Source: a phage
Reading direction: 5' to 3' (one strand)
Sequence record: QB031379.1
DNA: 40,560 nt
Each line of letters opens with the position of its first letter. Within the stretch, counting starts at the first letter, position 1. The notes under the pieces are model-generated. The model saw nothing but the letters and a program-made list of their open reading frames with translations. It was not told the DNA's origin and ran no database searches. Of this stretch, positions 1-8,070 are shown piece by piece. The translations under genes and the position numbers were made by a program.

Positions 1-18
1 ATAGGTGAGTCGTATTAG
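1..18 (-). promoter_or_regulatory. Partial phage-RNAP promoter cut by the window boundary (phi1.6-like); revcomp reads CTAATACGACTCACCTAT
   Basis: T7-core match TAATACGACTCAC on - strand at the window edge; the downstream part would lie at the other end of the window if the record is circular. One extra C relative to the local consensus. Confidence 0.3.
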
Positions 19-95
19 CAATCCGGCCAGCAGTTGTCGTCAATGATAACGAAGGCAAACGTGGCAAAGATAGCAGCAGCAATTAGAAATAGCAT
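15..95 (-). CDS. Small hydrophobic peptide, 26 aa (MLFLIAAAIFATFAFVIIDDNCWPDC), at the gene 1.5 position
   Basis: Hand-translated; ATG at 93-95 (revcomp) preceded by GGAGG inside the phi1.5-like promoter; below the ORF-track size cutoff. Identity by position only. Confidence 0.3.
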   Translation of the reverse strand: MLFLIAAAIFATFAFVIIDDNCWPDC

Positions 96-102
96 GAGGT
101 AG

Positions 103-125
103 TTCCTCCATAGTGAGTCGTATAG
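103..125 (-). promoter_or_regulatory. Phage-RNAP promoter variant (phi1.5-like): CTATACGACTCACTATGGAGGAA
   Basis: Near-consensus T7-type core on - strand; GGAGG doubles as the RBS of the downstream small ORF. Confidence 0.5.
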
Positions 126-130
126 AAACG

Positions 131-162
131 CAAAAAAGGCCAGCCCCGTTAAGGACTGACCA
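131..162 (-). terminator. Candidate intrinsic terminator (TE-like): GGUCAGUCC / GGGGCUGGCC stem followed by UUUUUU
   Basis: On the - strand transcript a 9-bp stem (two G-U pairs) with loop UUAACG is followed by a U6 tract, just downstream of the gene 1.4-position ORF. Folding done by eye. Confidence 0.45.
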
Positions 163-169
163 TTTGTCT

Positions 170-352
170 TTACATATTGTTTCGTAGGTACTCTTTGACT
201 TCCTTAATACTATGGCACTCATGGACAGTAAAGTAGTCCCAAGTTCTCCCGTAGCTTCTCCGGTCATCTCCTTCCATCCACTTTGATATGTGGAATATCA
301 TCAGGTGTGGGTGTTGATACACTCTCCAACCGTTCTCGTCAAAGATAAGCAT
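170..352 (-). CDS. Hypothetical early protein, 60 aa, at the gene 1.4 position
   Basis: ORF track; ATG at 350-352 overlaps the ligase stop (352-354) in a TAATG arrangement typical of T7 early genes. Confidence 0.5.
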   Translation of the reverse strand: MLIFDENGWRVYQHPHLMIFHISKWMEGDDRRSYGRTWDYFTVHECHSIKEVKEYLRNNM

Positions 353-1383
353 TACATTTTCTCCTTTGGGTTATCCTCAGTTCCACGGAACATAACGAAC
401 GATGGGTGACGCAGAGAGCCGTCTGGAGTTTCCTCCATGTAGGCAACCTGACAGGCGAAGCCAGTGTACGGCATACCCATACCCACAGACTCAGCATGTT
501 TGACGGCAGCAGTGAACTCATCCATCAACGCTTGGCTAATGTTGTTGGCAGAGACTACACGACCGGACTCCAAGAGAACCTCGAAGCCAATCACTTTACC
601 TTCATTAGCCAGACCCGGAGTACCCCAATTGAGTCCAACGATGACACCATCAGCTTCATTCTCAGGCTTCATCTTCCACCAGCCAGACTTCTTGCCACGC
701 TTGTAGACTTCCAGCGGGTCTTTGACGACCAGACCTTCATGACCATCGGCACGGGCTTTCTCGTAGAGTTCCTGAAGTTCTACCATGTCGTAGACTTCTT
801 TGGCCTCAGAGAGTTCCCAAGTGATTTCCGGGAAGTGTTCACTAAGAACCGGAATGAGGGAACGCACATGCTCTTGCATCAGGAGGGACATAACGCCATA
901 CTCTTTGCCTTCTACCATATCGTGATACGGCATAGCAGCATACAGGACAACCTTAAGTTTCTTAGGGTCTAAGCAGAAGTCTACTTTACTCCCCTTGAGA
1001 GGCTCTACTCCACCAATATCAAATCCACAGTTTGTCTTCTTGAGCCACTTGGTTCTCAGTAGGCCAGACCCTGTGTTGAAGTCTACGCCTTTGACCATCA
1101 GTTCACCATCCAGCATGAAGCCATCAGGGAAAATCCAGCGGTCATCTTTGAGAACACTAGCCCAGCGTTGGTCGAACCCATTAAGGTGCTCAAGCGCGGG
1201 GATGGTCTTAGAGACACGGGACAGCCACAGGCAGTCAGCCGTATTATCAACCACGATGTTACCACGCACACCATCATGCTTAGTGTCAGCAATCAGGTAG
1301 CCAGCTTTGTCGAGTGCTTTCTTAATGGCAGACTCAACGTAGGATACAGCTTTAAAAGGGTTAGTCTTGAATGTGATTTCCAT
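352..1383 (-). CDS. ATP-dependent DNA ligase (T7 gene 1.3 homolog)
   Basis: 343 aa; N-terminus ...TNPFKAVSYVESAIKKALDKAGYLIADTKHDGVRGNIVVDNT... carries the ligase adenylation motif KxDG, and the C-terminus ...YMEETPDGSLRHPSFVMFRGTEDNP matches my recollection of T7 ligase. Confidence 0.93.
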   Translation of the reverse strand: MEITFKTNPFKAVSYVESAIKKALDKAGYLIADTKHDGVRGNIVVDNTADCLWLSRVSKTIPALEHLNGFDQRWASVLKDDRWIFPDGFMLDGELMVKGVDFNTGSGLLRTKWLKKTNCGFDIGGVEPLKGSKVDFCLDPKKLKVVLYAAMPYHDMVEGKEYGVMSLLMQEHVRSLIPVLSEHFPEITWELSEAKEVYDMVELQELYEKARADGHEGLVVKDPLEVYKRGKKSGWWKMKPENEADGVIVGLNWGTPGLANEGKVIGFEVLLESGRVVSANNISQALMDEFTAAVKHAESVGMGMPYTGFACQVAYMEETPDGSLRHPSFVMFRGTEDNPKEKM

Positions 1384-1420
1384 GATGGAACTCCTATTGT
1401 TGGTTATTAAGTAATCAAAA

Positions 1421-1465
1421 GTTAATCACAAAGGCCACCATTAAGATGACCTTTAGTTTAACTCT
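1421..1465 (-). promoter_or_regulatory. RNase III processing hairpin (R1.3-like)
   Basis: Member of a conserved family (plus-strand form gttaatca..aaggccac...gaccttgagttta) recurring between early genes; one copy (6647..6692) matches the T7 R0.5 site as I recall it. Confidence 0.6.
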
Positions 1466-1487
1466 TTCGCAATAGTGAGTCGTATTA
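1465..1487 (-). promoter_or_regulatory. Phage-RNAP promoter (phi1.3-like): TAATACGACTCACTATTGCGAAAG
   Basis: Consensus core on - strand immediately upstream of the ligase gene. Confidence 0.7.
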
Positions 1488-1757
1488 CTTCCAGTGCTTC
1501 AGGTCACTGTGTACCTTACGGAGCCATTCAGTCTGTGCATTACAGCGAACGTCTTCGTCTGACTGTTCGAAACACTTAGCGGTCAGCATTAAGCCATTCC
1601 GCAAGGTCACTCGAAGTGTCTCTCCGGCGACCATCCGTCGCTGTGTGAAGTCCTCATAGCGATAAGTCTCAACGACCACATTTGCATCGTGGTCTTCTTT
1701 AAGCCGTTCGATAGCGTCTTTGTATGCTATTAAGTTACCACTGTATAAGCGACCCAT
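1485..1757 (-). CDS. gp1.2-like protein (in T7 an inhibitor of host dGTP triphosphohydrolase)
   Basis: 90 aa, MGRLYSGNL...DLKHWK; N- and C-terminal motifs match T7 gp1.2 as I recall it (MGRLYSGNL... ...QLKDWK). Confidence 0.8.
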   Translation of the reverse strand: MGRLYSGNLIAYKDAIERLKEDHDANVVVETYRYEDFTQRRMVAGETLRVTLRNGLMLTAKCFEQSDEDVRCNAQTEWLRKVHSDLKHWK

Positions 1758-1906
1758 TAGAGTGCCTCCTTCCAGTTGCGTTTCTCAGCGTTGCCACGTT
1801 GTGTCTTGTGGCGTTTCTTCATGCGGTCTTTACGTTCCTGCCATTCAGCACCGTGTTCATTGATTACGTTGTTGCGCTTAGTGGTTGGTTCAAAGTTGGT
1901 ACGCAT
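1757..1906 (-). CDS. Small basic protein, 49 aa, at the gene 1.1 position
   Basis: Hand-translated MRTNFEPTTKRNNVINEHGAEWQERKDRMKKRHKTQRGNAEKRNWKEAL; stop TAA overlaps the gene 1.2 ATG (TAATG); highly basic like T7 gp1.1. Confidence 0.5.
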   Translation of the reverse strand: MRTNFEPTTKRNNVINEHGAEWQERKDRMKKRHKTQRGNAEKRNWKEAL

Positions 1907-1937
1907 AATGTTGTTTCCTTCTGTGTAGTTAATGACA

Positions 1938-1980
1938 GTTAATCATGAAGGCCACCAAATGTGATGACCTTGAGTTTAAC
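1938..1980 (-). promoter_or_regulatory. RNase III processing hairpin (R1.1-like)
   Basis: gttaatcatgaaggccaccaaatgtgatgaccttgagtttaac; same conserved family. Confidence 0.6.
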
Positions 1981-1988
1981 TTTCAGTG

Positions 1989-2011
1989 TTTCCCATTAGT
2001 GAGTCGTATTG
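1989..2011 (-). promoter_or_regulatory. Phage-RNAP promoter (phi1.1-like): CAATACGACTCACTAATGGGAAA
   Basis: T7-type core on - strand. The AT-rich stretch just downstream (about 1907..1990) is at the position of the T7 primary replication origin. Confidence 0.65.
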
Positions 2012-2553
2012 TCTGCAACCTTACGTGCAATCTCAATGCGACCAGCTACGTCTTTCTTATAATAGGTGAACTCTTTGCGCTCACCATCAGTGCACGTCTG
2101 TGTCAGCAGGTAGCGGTCCGACTGTTCTTTCCAGTGTAAACACGTAACCTCTTTGCCACATGAGCCAAGACCCAGCTTGAACTCAGTGCGCTTCCAGCCA
2201 GCATCCGGTATGTGAGCAGTAAACTTGATAGACGTGATGTCACTGTGAGTGTACTCACGGATGGTGTTCTTTGCCTCTTTAAGTTCCTTGCGGTACTCCA
2301 CTGCCTCAGCGCGTAGACGCTCAATGAGTTCTCGTTGGTTCGACATGTCATATTGTTGTTCGAACTCTAAGGTACGGATTCGACCAGCTAGTTCCTGCTT
2401 ATCTCGCCATCCATCTTCAAGTCTCTCTTTGAGTGCATGAGAGTTCTTCTCTTCTTTGATTAGCTTAGTGAGAAATACCTTTGAACGATTATAGTATGTT
2501 GCTGCAAGAATGGTTGATACGAGAGCGCCTACTGAAGTGATTAAAGTAAACAT
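1996..2553 (-). CDS. Hypothetical 185-aa protein: N-terminal hydrophobic helix, charged coiled-coil-like middle, Cys-containing C-terminal domain; no T7 counterpart recognised
   Basis: ORF track; ATG at 2551-2553 with RBS AAGAGGAAA about 8 nt upstream; sits between the RNAP gene and the phi1.1-like promoter, bracketed by two phage promoters. Confidence 0.7.
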   Translation of the reverse strand: MFTLITSVGALVSTILAATYYNRSKVFLTKLIKEEKNSHALKERLEDGWRDKQELAGRIRTLEFEQQYDMSNQRELIERLRAEAVEYRKELKEAKNTIREYTHSDITSIKFTAHIPDAGWKRTEFKLGLGSCGKEVTCLHWKEQSDRYLLTQTCTDGERKEFTYYKKDVAGRIEIARKVADNTTH

Positions 2554-2611
2554 GATTGTGTTTCCTCTTAAAGTTAGAACTTAAAGTATCTTAAAGTTTA
2601 GGAAGCCCGAA

Positions 2612-2635
2612 GGCTCCCAATAGTGAGTCGTATTA
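2612..2635 (-). promoter_or_regulatory. Phage-RNAP promoter: TAATACGACTCACTATTGGGAGCC
   Basis: Full consensus core directly downstream of the RNAP stop; transcript 5' end can form a GAGCC-UUCG-GGCUU hairpin. Confidence 0.8.
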
Positions 2636-2642
2636 GATTCCG

Positions 2643-5294
2643 TTAGGCAAACGCAAAGTCTGACTTAAGGATTTCTTGCAGGTCCAGAGAACCTTTAGCT
2701 GGCATCTCAGGCATCTTGTCAAGCTGTGATTCGTGCAACTGGTCAGCAAATTGCTCATAGAAGTCTGCAAGTACATCGTTCTCTTCGTAAGTGTTGACCA
2801 TCGTTTCACGCACCGCTTTAAACAGGTTGCCAGCATCAGCAGGGATAGTACCAAAGGAGTCGTGAATCAGTGCGAACGATTCCACACCGTAGACCTCATT
2901 GGAGCGGACCACAGTCATACGCAGGTGGCTACCATCCATTGAGTGGACAAAGTTAGGTGCGATGCCTGACTCCTGCTTACGAGCATCAATTCCGCTATCC
3001 TTGTTGGTGTTCACGGTAGGCTGTAGACGAATCTGGCCTAAGAACATCAGGTTCAAGCGTGTCTGTACTGGCTTCTTGTATTCCTGCCAGACCGGGAAGC
3101 CATCAGGAGTAACCCAATGTACCGCACAGCGTTTGCGCAGAACCTCTTTTGTCTTCTTGTCCTTGACTTCAGCAGCCAGCAGTTTAGCAGCAGACTTCAG
3201 CCAGTTCATTGCTTCAACCGCAGCGACCACTGTCACCGTTACCGCGTTCCAAATCAGTTTAGCCATGTAGCCAGCCGCTTGGTTCGGTTGAGTGAACATC
3301 AAGCCCTTGCCATCGTCGATAGCTGGCTGAATTGTATCCTCTAGCACTTGGTCACGGAAGCCATACTCTTTGGAACCATACGCCAAGGTCATAACGGAAC
3401 GCTTAGTCTCCTTACGAGTAACACCGTATGCTAACCATTGACCAGCCAGTTCCTTCGTGCCCAGCTTGAGCTTCTCAGTGATTTCCCCTGTGTCCTTATT
3501 GGTCACGGTTTCGACTTCGTTGTCGGTGCCATTTATTACATCTTGCTTCAGAATCTCGTTGACACGTTCCGCTACGATGCGGTAGATGTCTTGTACCTCT
3601 TTGCTTGGCAGCAGGTTAACCGCACGACCACCAATCTCATCACGGAGCATCGCGGAGAAGTGCTGAATACCGGAGCAGCTACCATCGAACGCCAGCGGAA
3701 GAGAGCAGTTGTAGTTCATCCCGTGGTGTTGCACACCTGCATACTCGAAGCAGAACGCGAGGAAGCAGAACGGAGAATCTTGCTCGGCCCACCAAGTGTT
3801 AGCAATCGGGTCAGCCGCAACGCTCATGATGTTCTCATGGTTGTCATCAATGAACTTGATGCGTTCTGCAAAGTCCACCTTGTCCACGCCAGCAGTGTTA
3901 GCACCGTGAATCTTCAGCCAGTAGTACCCATCGACACCGATTGGTTTACCTTTAGCCAACGTCAGCAGACCTTTAGTCATGTCGTTGCCTTGCGGGTTAA
4001 ACATCGGCACAGCATACACACGACCGCGCCAGTCCATGTTCATTGGGAACCAGATAGCTTTGAACTGTGCGAACTTATTGGCCTGACCTAACATGAACTC
4101 CATGCTCATGCGGCGTGACACTCGTGCCTTCTCTTTGCGGTAGATTGCGGAGGCCGCTTTCTTCCACGCTTTCAGAGCCGCTTCGTTCGTGTCGATGTCT
4201 TCAGGTTTGACCGGGAGTTCCCCACGTTCCAGAGCAGGAACATCGTCAACCGGGCAATGCTTCCAGTTCACAATCTCGTTGACCACTGCCAGAACCTTCT
4301 TGTTAATCTTCCAAGGAGTATTCTGTGCGATGTTCACGGCCTTGTAAACTTCAGGCATGTACACATCGTTGTAACGCTCAAGTCCCTTCTTGCTACCAGT
4401 GCGAACCAGAGAGAGAGGCTTGCGACCAGCAGCCCAATAGCCACCACCGACCGGAGAAGTCCAAGGCTTAGGTGGGACCACGCAAGGCTGATACATTGGA
4501 GCGATTGCAGCCAGTGCACCAGCACGTTTAGATAACAGGTCAACGTATTGTTCGGTCAGTTGGATGTACTCGCCATCCTTCTCGATGTTCCCAGCGAACG
4601 GGCGGTGTAACTCAACGAGACCAGTAGACCCAATGAGCAGTTCCAACATGCGCACACCAACGTGAATTGATTCTTCAGGTGTCCATGTGGTCCACTTGGT
4701 TTGCAGTTGACCAGCATCAAGCATCTTGCCTTCTACAGCTTGCATGAATGCTTTCTTGTAGACGATACCAACGCGCTTGTTCAGTGCCTCCTGTACGTGG
4801 TTCTTAAAGTGCTTCGCTTCTTCGTCACGGATGCGACCAAAACGCAGTTCATCCTCAATACTGCGACCAATCTTAGTGGCGACCGATTGCAGGTTGGTGA
4901 ACTCTTCTTTCGTCAAGCAAGCGAGTGTGACCTTCAGTGTGATAAATGCAGCAGCTTCAGGTGCAACCTTCTGTACCAGATTGTAGGCTACTGGACGCTT
5001 GCCACGCTTCGCTTCCACTTCAGTGAACCAAGCGTTCCACGCCTCGATAAACTTCGGTGCGAGAGATGACAGGAGCGGTTTAGCCACTGCGTTATCACCG
5101 AACTCACCCGCTTTGATTTGACGTTCCATTGCCTTGAGGAAACGCTTCTCGCCTTCGGTGTGCGCTTCGTGCTCAAGCTGTAACTGCGTAGCTGCAAGCT
5201 GTGCGCCGTAATGGTCAGCCAGAATGTTGTATGGCATGATTGCGTTAGCGATGTCAGAGAAGTCGTTCTTTGGTGCGTTGATTACGTTAGTCAT
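2643..5294 (-). CDS. Single-subunit DNA-dependent RNA polymerase (T7 gene 1 homolog)
   Basis: 883 aa; long colinear blocks shared with T7/T3 RNAP (e.g. NMDWRGRVYAV, LPLAFDGSCSGIQHFSAMLRDE, ALIHDSFGT, C-terminal ...SDFAFA). Confidence 0.97.
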   Translation of the reverse strand: MTNVINAPKNDFSDIANAIMPYNILADHYGAQLAATQLQLEHEAHTEGEKRFLKAMERQIKAGEFGDNAVAKPLLSSLAPKFIEAWNAWFTEVEAKRGKRPVAYNLVQKVAPEAAAFITLKVTLACLTKEEFTNLQSVATKIGRSIEDELRFGRIRDEEAKHFKNHVQEALNKRVGIVYKKAFMQAVEGKMLDAGQLQTKWTTWTPEESIHVGVRMLELLIGSTGLVELHRPFAGNIEKDGEYIQLTEQYVDLLSKRAGALAAIAPMYQPCVVPPKPWTSPVGGGYWAAGRKPLSLVRTGSKKGLERYNDVYMPEVYKAVNIAQNTPWKINKKVLAVVNEIVNWKHCPVDDVPALERGELPVKPEDIDTNEAALKAWKKAASAIYRKEKARVSRRMSMEFMLGQANKFAQFKAIWFPMNMDWRGRVYAVPMFNPQGNDMTKGLLTLAKGKPIGVDGYYWLKIHGANTAGVDKVDFAERIKFIDDNHENIMSVAADPIANTWWAEQDSPFCFLAFCFEYAGVQHHGMNYNCSLPLAFDGSCSGIQHFSAMLRDEIGGRAVNLLPSKEVQDIYRIVAERVNEILKQDVINGTDNEVETVTNKDTGEITEKLKLGTKELAGQWLAYGVTRKETKRSVMTLAYGSKEYGFRDQVLEDTIQPAIDDGKGLMFTQPNQAAGYMAKLIWNAVTVTVVAAVEAMNWLKSAAKLLAAEVKDKKTKEVLRKRCAVHWVTPDGFPVWQEYKKPVQTRLNLMFLGQIRLQPTVNTNKDSGIDARKQESGIAPNFVHSMDGSHLRMTVVRSNEVYGVESFALIHDSFGTIPADAGNLFKAVRETMVNTYEENDVLADFYEQFADQLHESQLDKMPEMPAKGSLDLQEILKSDFAFA

Positions 5295-5320
5295 TGTTGC
5301 CTCACGTTGTTAAGAAAGTT

Positions 5321-5365
5321 TATCTATAAAGGCCAGCAGTCAGTGCCGACCTTGAAGATACACCT
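5321..5365 (-). promoter_or_regulatory. RNase III processing hairpin (R1-like) upstream of the RNAP gene
   Basis: tatctataaaggccagcagtcagtgccgaccttgaagatacacc; family resemblance plus position. Confidence 0.5.
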
Positions 5366-5367
5366 TA

Positions 5368-6453
5368 TCAGCCTTGCAGTTGTGCGTCAAGTAACTTGTC
5401 AATGTTCAGAGGGAGACCCGCTTGGATTGCTAGGCGGTCCCCTAGTTGCCACTTGAGGCCGTTCACTTGTTCAACCTTGCGTGCCGCTGAGGGACCATTG
5501 CGGAACCAGAAGTTATTCCATGCAGACCCCATGAGCATCTCAGCGCGGCGTTCGTTTCTATCAATGGCCCTGCGTTCGATGCGACCTTTAACAAACTGTG
5601 CCATACCTTTGACGTGTAACTTACGGTTACGCTTGCGGCGTTTCATTGCGGCCTTGCGGTTAACCTGAAAGGAGCCGTTAGGGTCACGCTTGGCCTTGCG
5701 GTTGCGACATCGTTCAATCATGCGTTCTTGCGCTACAGCCTCGACCTCGGCCAGCAGTGCTTCAGGGTCCAGAGGGAAACCGTCCTCACGTTCACGGTCA
5801 TGTGAGAAGCTGACTGGGTCAGTGATGTACGGAACATCGTTATCGTCGAACATAATGTTCCCGCTGTGCATGTCGAAAGATGCAATCCCTTTGAAGAACT
5901 CACGAATCATTTTGCAAGTCTCGATGAACTCGTAGTCACCCGGTGCAAAGTCGCTTGCGTCATGGCAATCCGACTCCACAAAGTAACGTGCGAGGTCAGC
6001 GTATACCTCATGGTCATAATTATCGTCGTCACAGCTATGTAAGCGGTCCAGTACGACCGTATAGCAACCTGCATGACGTGCTACGTGATAGATGTTAGGG
6101 ATACCCGCTCGGCCTTGGTGCATCCTACAGAATGCAGTATATGCAGCGCCTGAATCCTCTTTCTTAAAGCCAACCTTAATGACTCGACCCGGTAACAGTT
6201 CATGCGAGTAGGCCGCGCTAAAGTGACCATTGCCTAACATGCGGAATCCTGCATCACGCATCAGTGCGCCCAAGGTGTTCCACCAGTCCTGATACTCAAG
6301 ACACTGCGACCCGTTTGTATCGTTACCATCACACGTTTCACCGTTCACGATGTCAGCAGCCAGTGCAACCAGAAGAGGCTGGCGCTTGTCCAAGTCACTA
6401 ATCGGGAGGGACTTGATGATTGCCAGACGTGCCTGAATGTCGGTGTAGTTCAT
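5368..6453 (-). CDS. Ser/Thr protein kinase / host shut-off protein (T7 gene 0.7 homolog)
   Basis: 361 aa; MLGNGHFSAAYSH...RVIKVGFKKEDSGAAYTAFCRM...HAGCYTVVLD matches T7 gp0.7 as I recall it. Confidence 0.9.
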   Translation of the reverse strand: MNYTDIQARLAIIKSLPISDLDKRQPLLVALAADIVNGETCDGNDTNGSQCLEYQDWWNTLGALMRDAGFRMLGNGHFSAAYSHELLPGRVIKVGFKKEDSGAAYTAFCRMHQGRAGIPNIYHVARHAGCYTVVLDRLHSCDDDNYDHEVYADLARYFVESDCHDASDFAPGDYEFIETCKMIREFFKGIASFDMHSGNIMFDDNDVPYITDPVSFSHDREREDGFPLDPEALLAEVEAVAQERMIERCRNRKAKRDPNGSFQVNRKAAMKRRKRNRKLHVKGMAQFVKGRIERRAIDRNERRAEMLMGSAWNNFWFRNGPSAARKVEQVNGLKWQLGDRLAIQAGLPLNIDKLLDAQLQG

Positions 6454-6478
6454 TAGATTGTGTCCTATTTAGTTAGAT

Positions 6479-6616
6479 TTAGATGTTGTTGAGCTTGCGG
6501 TTGGTGCGCAGTTCACGCTTAAGGCGTTCGATTCGCTGTTTCATTGCGAAGCCATCAGGTGTGCAAACTGTAGCGCCGTTCTTGGTATGGATAGGCATAA
6601 CGTAATGTTTCAGCAT
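6479..6616 (-). CDS. gp0.6-like small protein, 45 aa
   Basis: MLKHYVMPIHTKNGATVCTPDGFAMKQRIERLKRELR... closely matches my recollection of T7 gp0.6; ORF-track N-terminal extension trimmed to the ATG at 6614-6616. Confidence 0.6.
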   Translation of the reverse strand: MLKHYVMPIHTKNGATVCTPDGFAMKQRIERLKRELRTNRKLNNI

Positions 6617-6646
6617 GATATTAATCCCGTGCGTTGTTTCAAAAGT

Positions 6647-6692
6647 GATAATCATAAAGGCCACTCGCTAGGAGCGACCTTGAGTTTATCAC
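6647..6692 (-). promoter_or_regulatory. RNase III processing hairpin (R0.5-like)
   Basis: Revcomp GTGATAAACTCAAGGTCGCTCCTAGCGAGTGGCCTTTATGATTATC is nearly identical to the T7 R0.5 region as I recall it. Confidence 0.7.
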
Positions 6693-6737
6693 TGGTTAGA
6701 CTAAAAGGCTATTGTCCAGTGCGTGCAAATCGCGCCA

Positions 6738-6938
6738 TCAGTCATTCCAGCCCGCACATGTTGCTTGGTGTATCACGCAGGCTTGGTATTCTTCCTGCGC
6801 CAAAACCTCGTTCACCCAATGCGTGACTTGTTTACCGTATCGTACAACGTAGGTGCTACCCATTGCCCCGTGATCATACTCTCGCAGTGTTACAGTGCAT
6901 TGACCTTTGATTTTAGATGTTGCCAGAAGTTTACTCAT
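6738..6938 (-). CDS. Hypothetical early protein, 66 aa
   Basis: ORF-track frame trimmed to the ATG at 6936-6938 (AGGA upstream), because the listed start lies inside the RNase III hairpin; between the SAM hydrolase gene and gene 0.6. Confidence 0.4.
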   Translation of the reverse strand: MSKLLATSKIKGQCTVTLREYDHGAMGSTYVVRYGKQVTHWVNEVLAQEEYQACVIHQATCAGWND

Positions 6939-6965
6939 GGTGTTAGTCCTATTGCATGTTAAATG

Positions 6966-7010
6966 GTAATCATGAAAGGCCACTCATATTGAGCGACCTT
7001 GAGTTTATCA
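6966..7010 (-). promoter_or_regulatory. RNase III processing hairpin downstream of gene 0.3
   Basis: ggtaatcatgaaaggccactcatattgagcgaccttgagtttatcac; same family. Confidence 0.6.
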
Positions 7011-7011
7011 C

Positions 7012-7470
7012 TTACTGTACTTGCCAGCGGCGACCGAACTCATCAATAGTGAAGCAGCCTTTCAGTGCCTCGGTGCGTGGGACTTCTTGGAAGCTACCGT
7101 GCAGACGTTCAGCTTTATAACCATCAATGCCTTTAGCGTACACTAAGCCAGCCGTGTGAGTCTGTGACTTATAGACCAGTACACAATCTTGCTCGAACTC
7201 ATTACACGCCAGACGTGCGACCGCTATTGCTTGAGCTTTGTTAGCACAGCGTACACGAACAGTCAGTTCCTCAGTTGGTGCACTTGCGATAGCCTCTCGA
7301 TAACAACCAGTCAAATCTGTAGACTCAACGCTACCGTATTCGAGCGGTGCATTACGCAGTGAGTTAACCATGTGACGATGACGACTCATATTGACTTCAT
7401 CGCAGAGGTTAGAGCGGAACGCTGATACCAGTACATAGAATACATTTGCAGGTTCGTTAGTGTAAATCAT
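7012..7470 (-). CDS. S-adenosyl-L-methionine hydrolase (T3-type gene 0.3 anti-restriction protein)
   Basis: 152 aa; MIYTNEPANVFYVLVSAFRSNLCDEVNMSRHRH...CFTIDEFGRRWQVQ matches T3 SAMase as I recall it; first gene after the host-promoter region. Confidence 0.8.
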   Translation of the reverse strand: MIYTNEPANVFYVLVSAFRSNLCDEVNMSRHRHMVNSLRNAPLEYGSVESTDLTGCYREAIASAPTEELTVRVRCANKAQAIAVARLACNEFEQDCVLVYKSQTHTAGLVYAKGIDGYKAERLHGSFQEVPRTEALKGCFTIDEFGRRWQVQ

Positions 7471-7493
7471 GATAGTGCCTCATTAGGTGTTAG

Positions 7494-7548
7494 TGATTAT
7501 CATAAAGAGCACGCATTGTTACTTAATGTGCGCCCTTGAGTTAATCGC
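7494..7548 (-). promoter_or_regulatory. RNase III processing hairpin (R0.3-like) in the early leader
   Basis: gattatcataaagagcacgcattgttacttaatgtgcgcccttgagttaatcgc; more diverged family member. Confidence 0.5.
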
Positions 7549-7723
7549 TATTGGCGTTATCACGGCTTAAACGCTAGTGCGTTCACGTCATCCCCGTAGT
7601 TCTTGACTACCTGTCCCGCAGTAAGGGAATTACACGACCATATTGTTAAAGAACTTTAAGTGCAGGTTTCGTTAGCACCGAGTCACTTTCAGTGTGTGAC
7701 CTCACAAGAACGTTATGTCGTAC

Positions 7724-7753
7724 ATCTTACATCTTGTTGTTGCTACTTGTCAA
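7724..7753 (-). promoter_or_regulatory. Host sigma70-type early promoter: -35 TTGACA, 18-nt spacer, -10 TAAGAT
   Basis: Read on the - strand; element arrangement matches the T7 A2 promoter as I recall it. Confidence 0.5.
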
Positions 7754-7819
7754 CTACTTTTGTTTCTCACCGTGACACCTCATGTTGTTTCAGAGGGCGA
7801 CCAGTTGTTGACGACTGCT

Positions 7820-7848
7820 ATACTACGTTATTGCTTTCGTTGAGTCAA
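7820..7848 (-). promoter_or_regulatory. Host sigma70-type early promoter: -35 TTGACT, 17-nt spacer, -10 TAGTAT
   Basis: Read on the - strand in the early leader. Confidence 0.5.
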
Positions 7849-7954
7849 CCACTTTCGTGTGTCTGGTTGATGACTACTTGAGACATTCCCGCCTCACCAG
7901 ATAACTCTAGGTCTTGTCTAGTGGTTGGTAGCGCTGTGTCTCTCAACGGTTGCT

Positions 7955-7983
7955 ATAGTCTCATAAGCCATTATTAATGTCAA
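7955..7983 (-). promoter_or_regulatory. Host sigma70-type early promoter: -35 TTGACA, 17-nt spacer, weak -10 GACTAT, AT-rich upstream
   Basis: Read on the - strand; the -10 is non-canonical, so this is tentative. Confidence 0.35.
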
Positions 7984-8070
7984 TACTTAATTTTAAGAAA
8001 CTCAAAGTCTCTCTAAGTGGTCTTATAGTCTCTTATAGTGGACATAAAGAGAGGATGACCAGTATTAGCT

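Noticed and set aside
40-267. 75-aa - strand ORF spanning the region between gene 1.4 and gene 1.5.
   Set aside because: It runs through the TE-like terminator and the phi1.5-like promoter and overlaps the gene 1.4-position ORF out of frame; the product is Cys-rich and unlike a protein. Replaced by the short gene 1.5 call.
406-972. Long + strand ORFs antisense to strongly supported genes (e.g. 406..972, 3438..4091, 20758..21324, 24090..24626, 24802..25416, 26163..26870, 38988..39656).
   Set aside because: All recognisable genes, promoters, RNase III sites and terminators are on the - strand, as in every T7-like phage. These ORFs lie fully inside conserved genes on the opposite strand, several start at non-ATG codons, and none has an RBS or a recognisable product.
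7660-7881. 73-aa + strand ORF in the early leader.
   Set aside because: It lies across the host-promoter cluster on the wrong strand, is Cys-rich and has no RBS.
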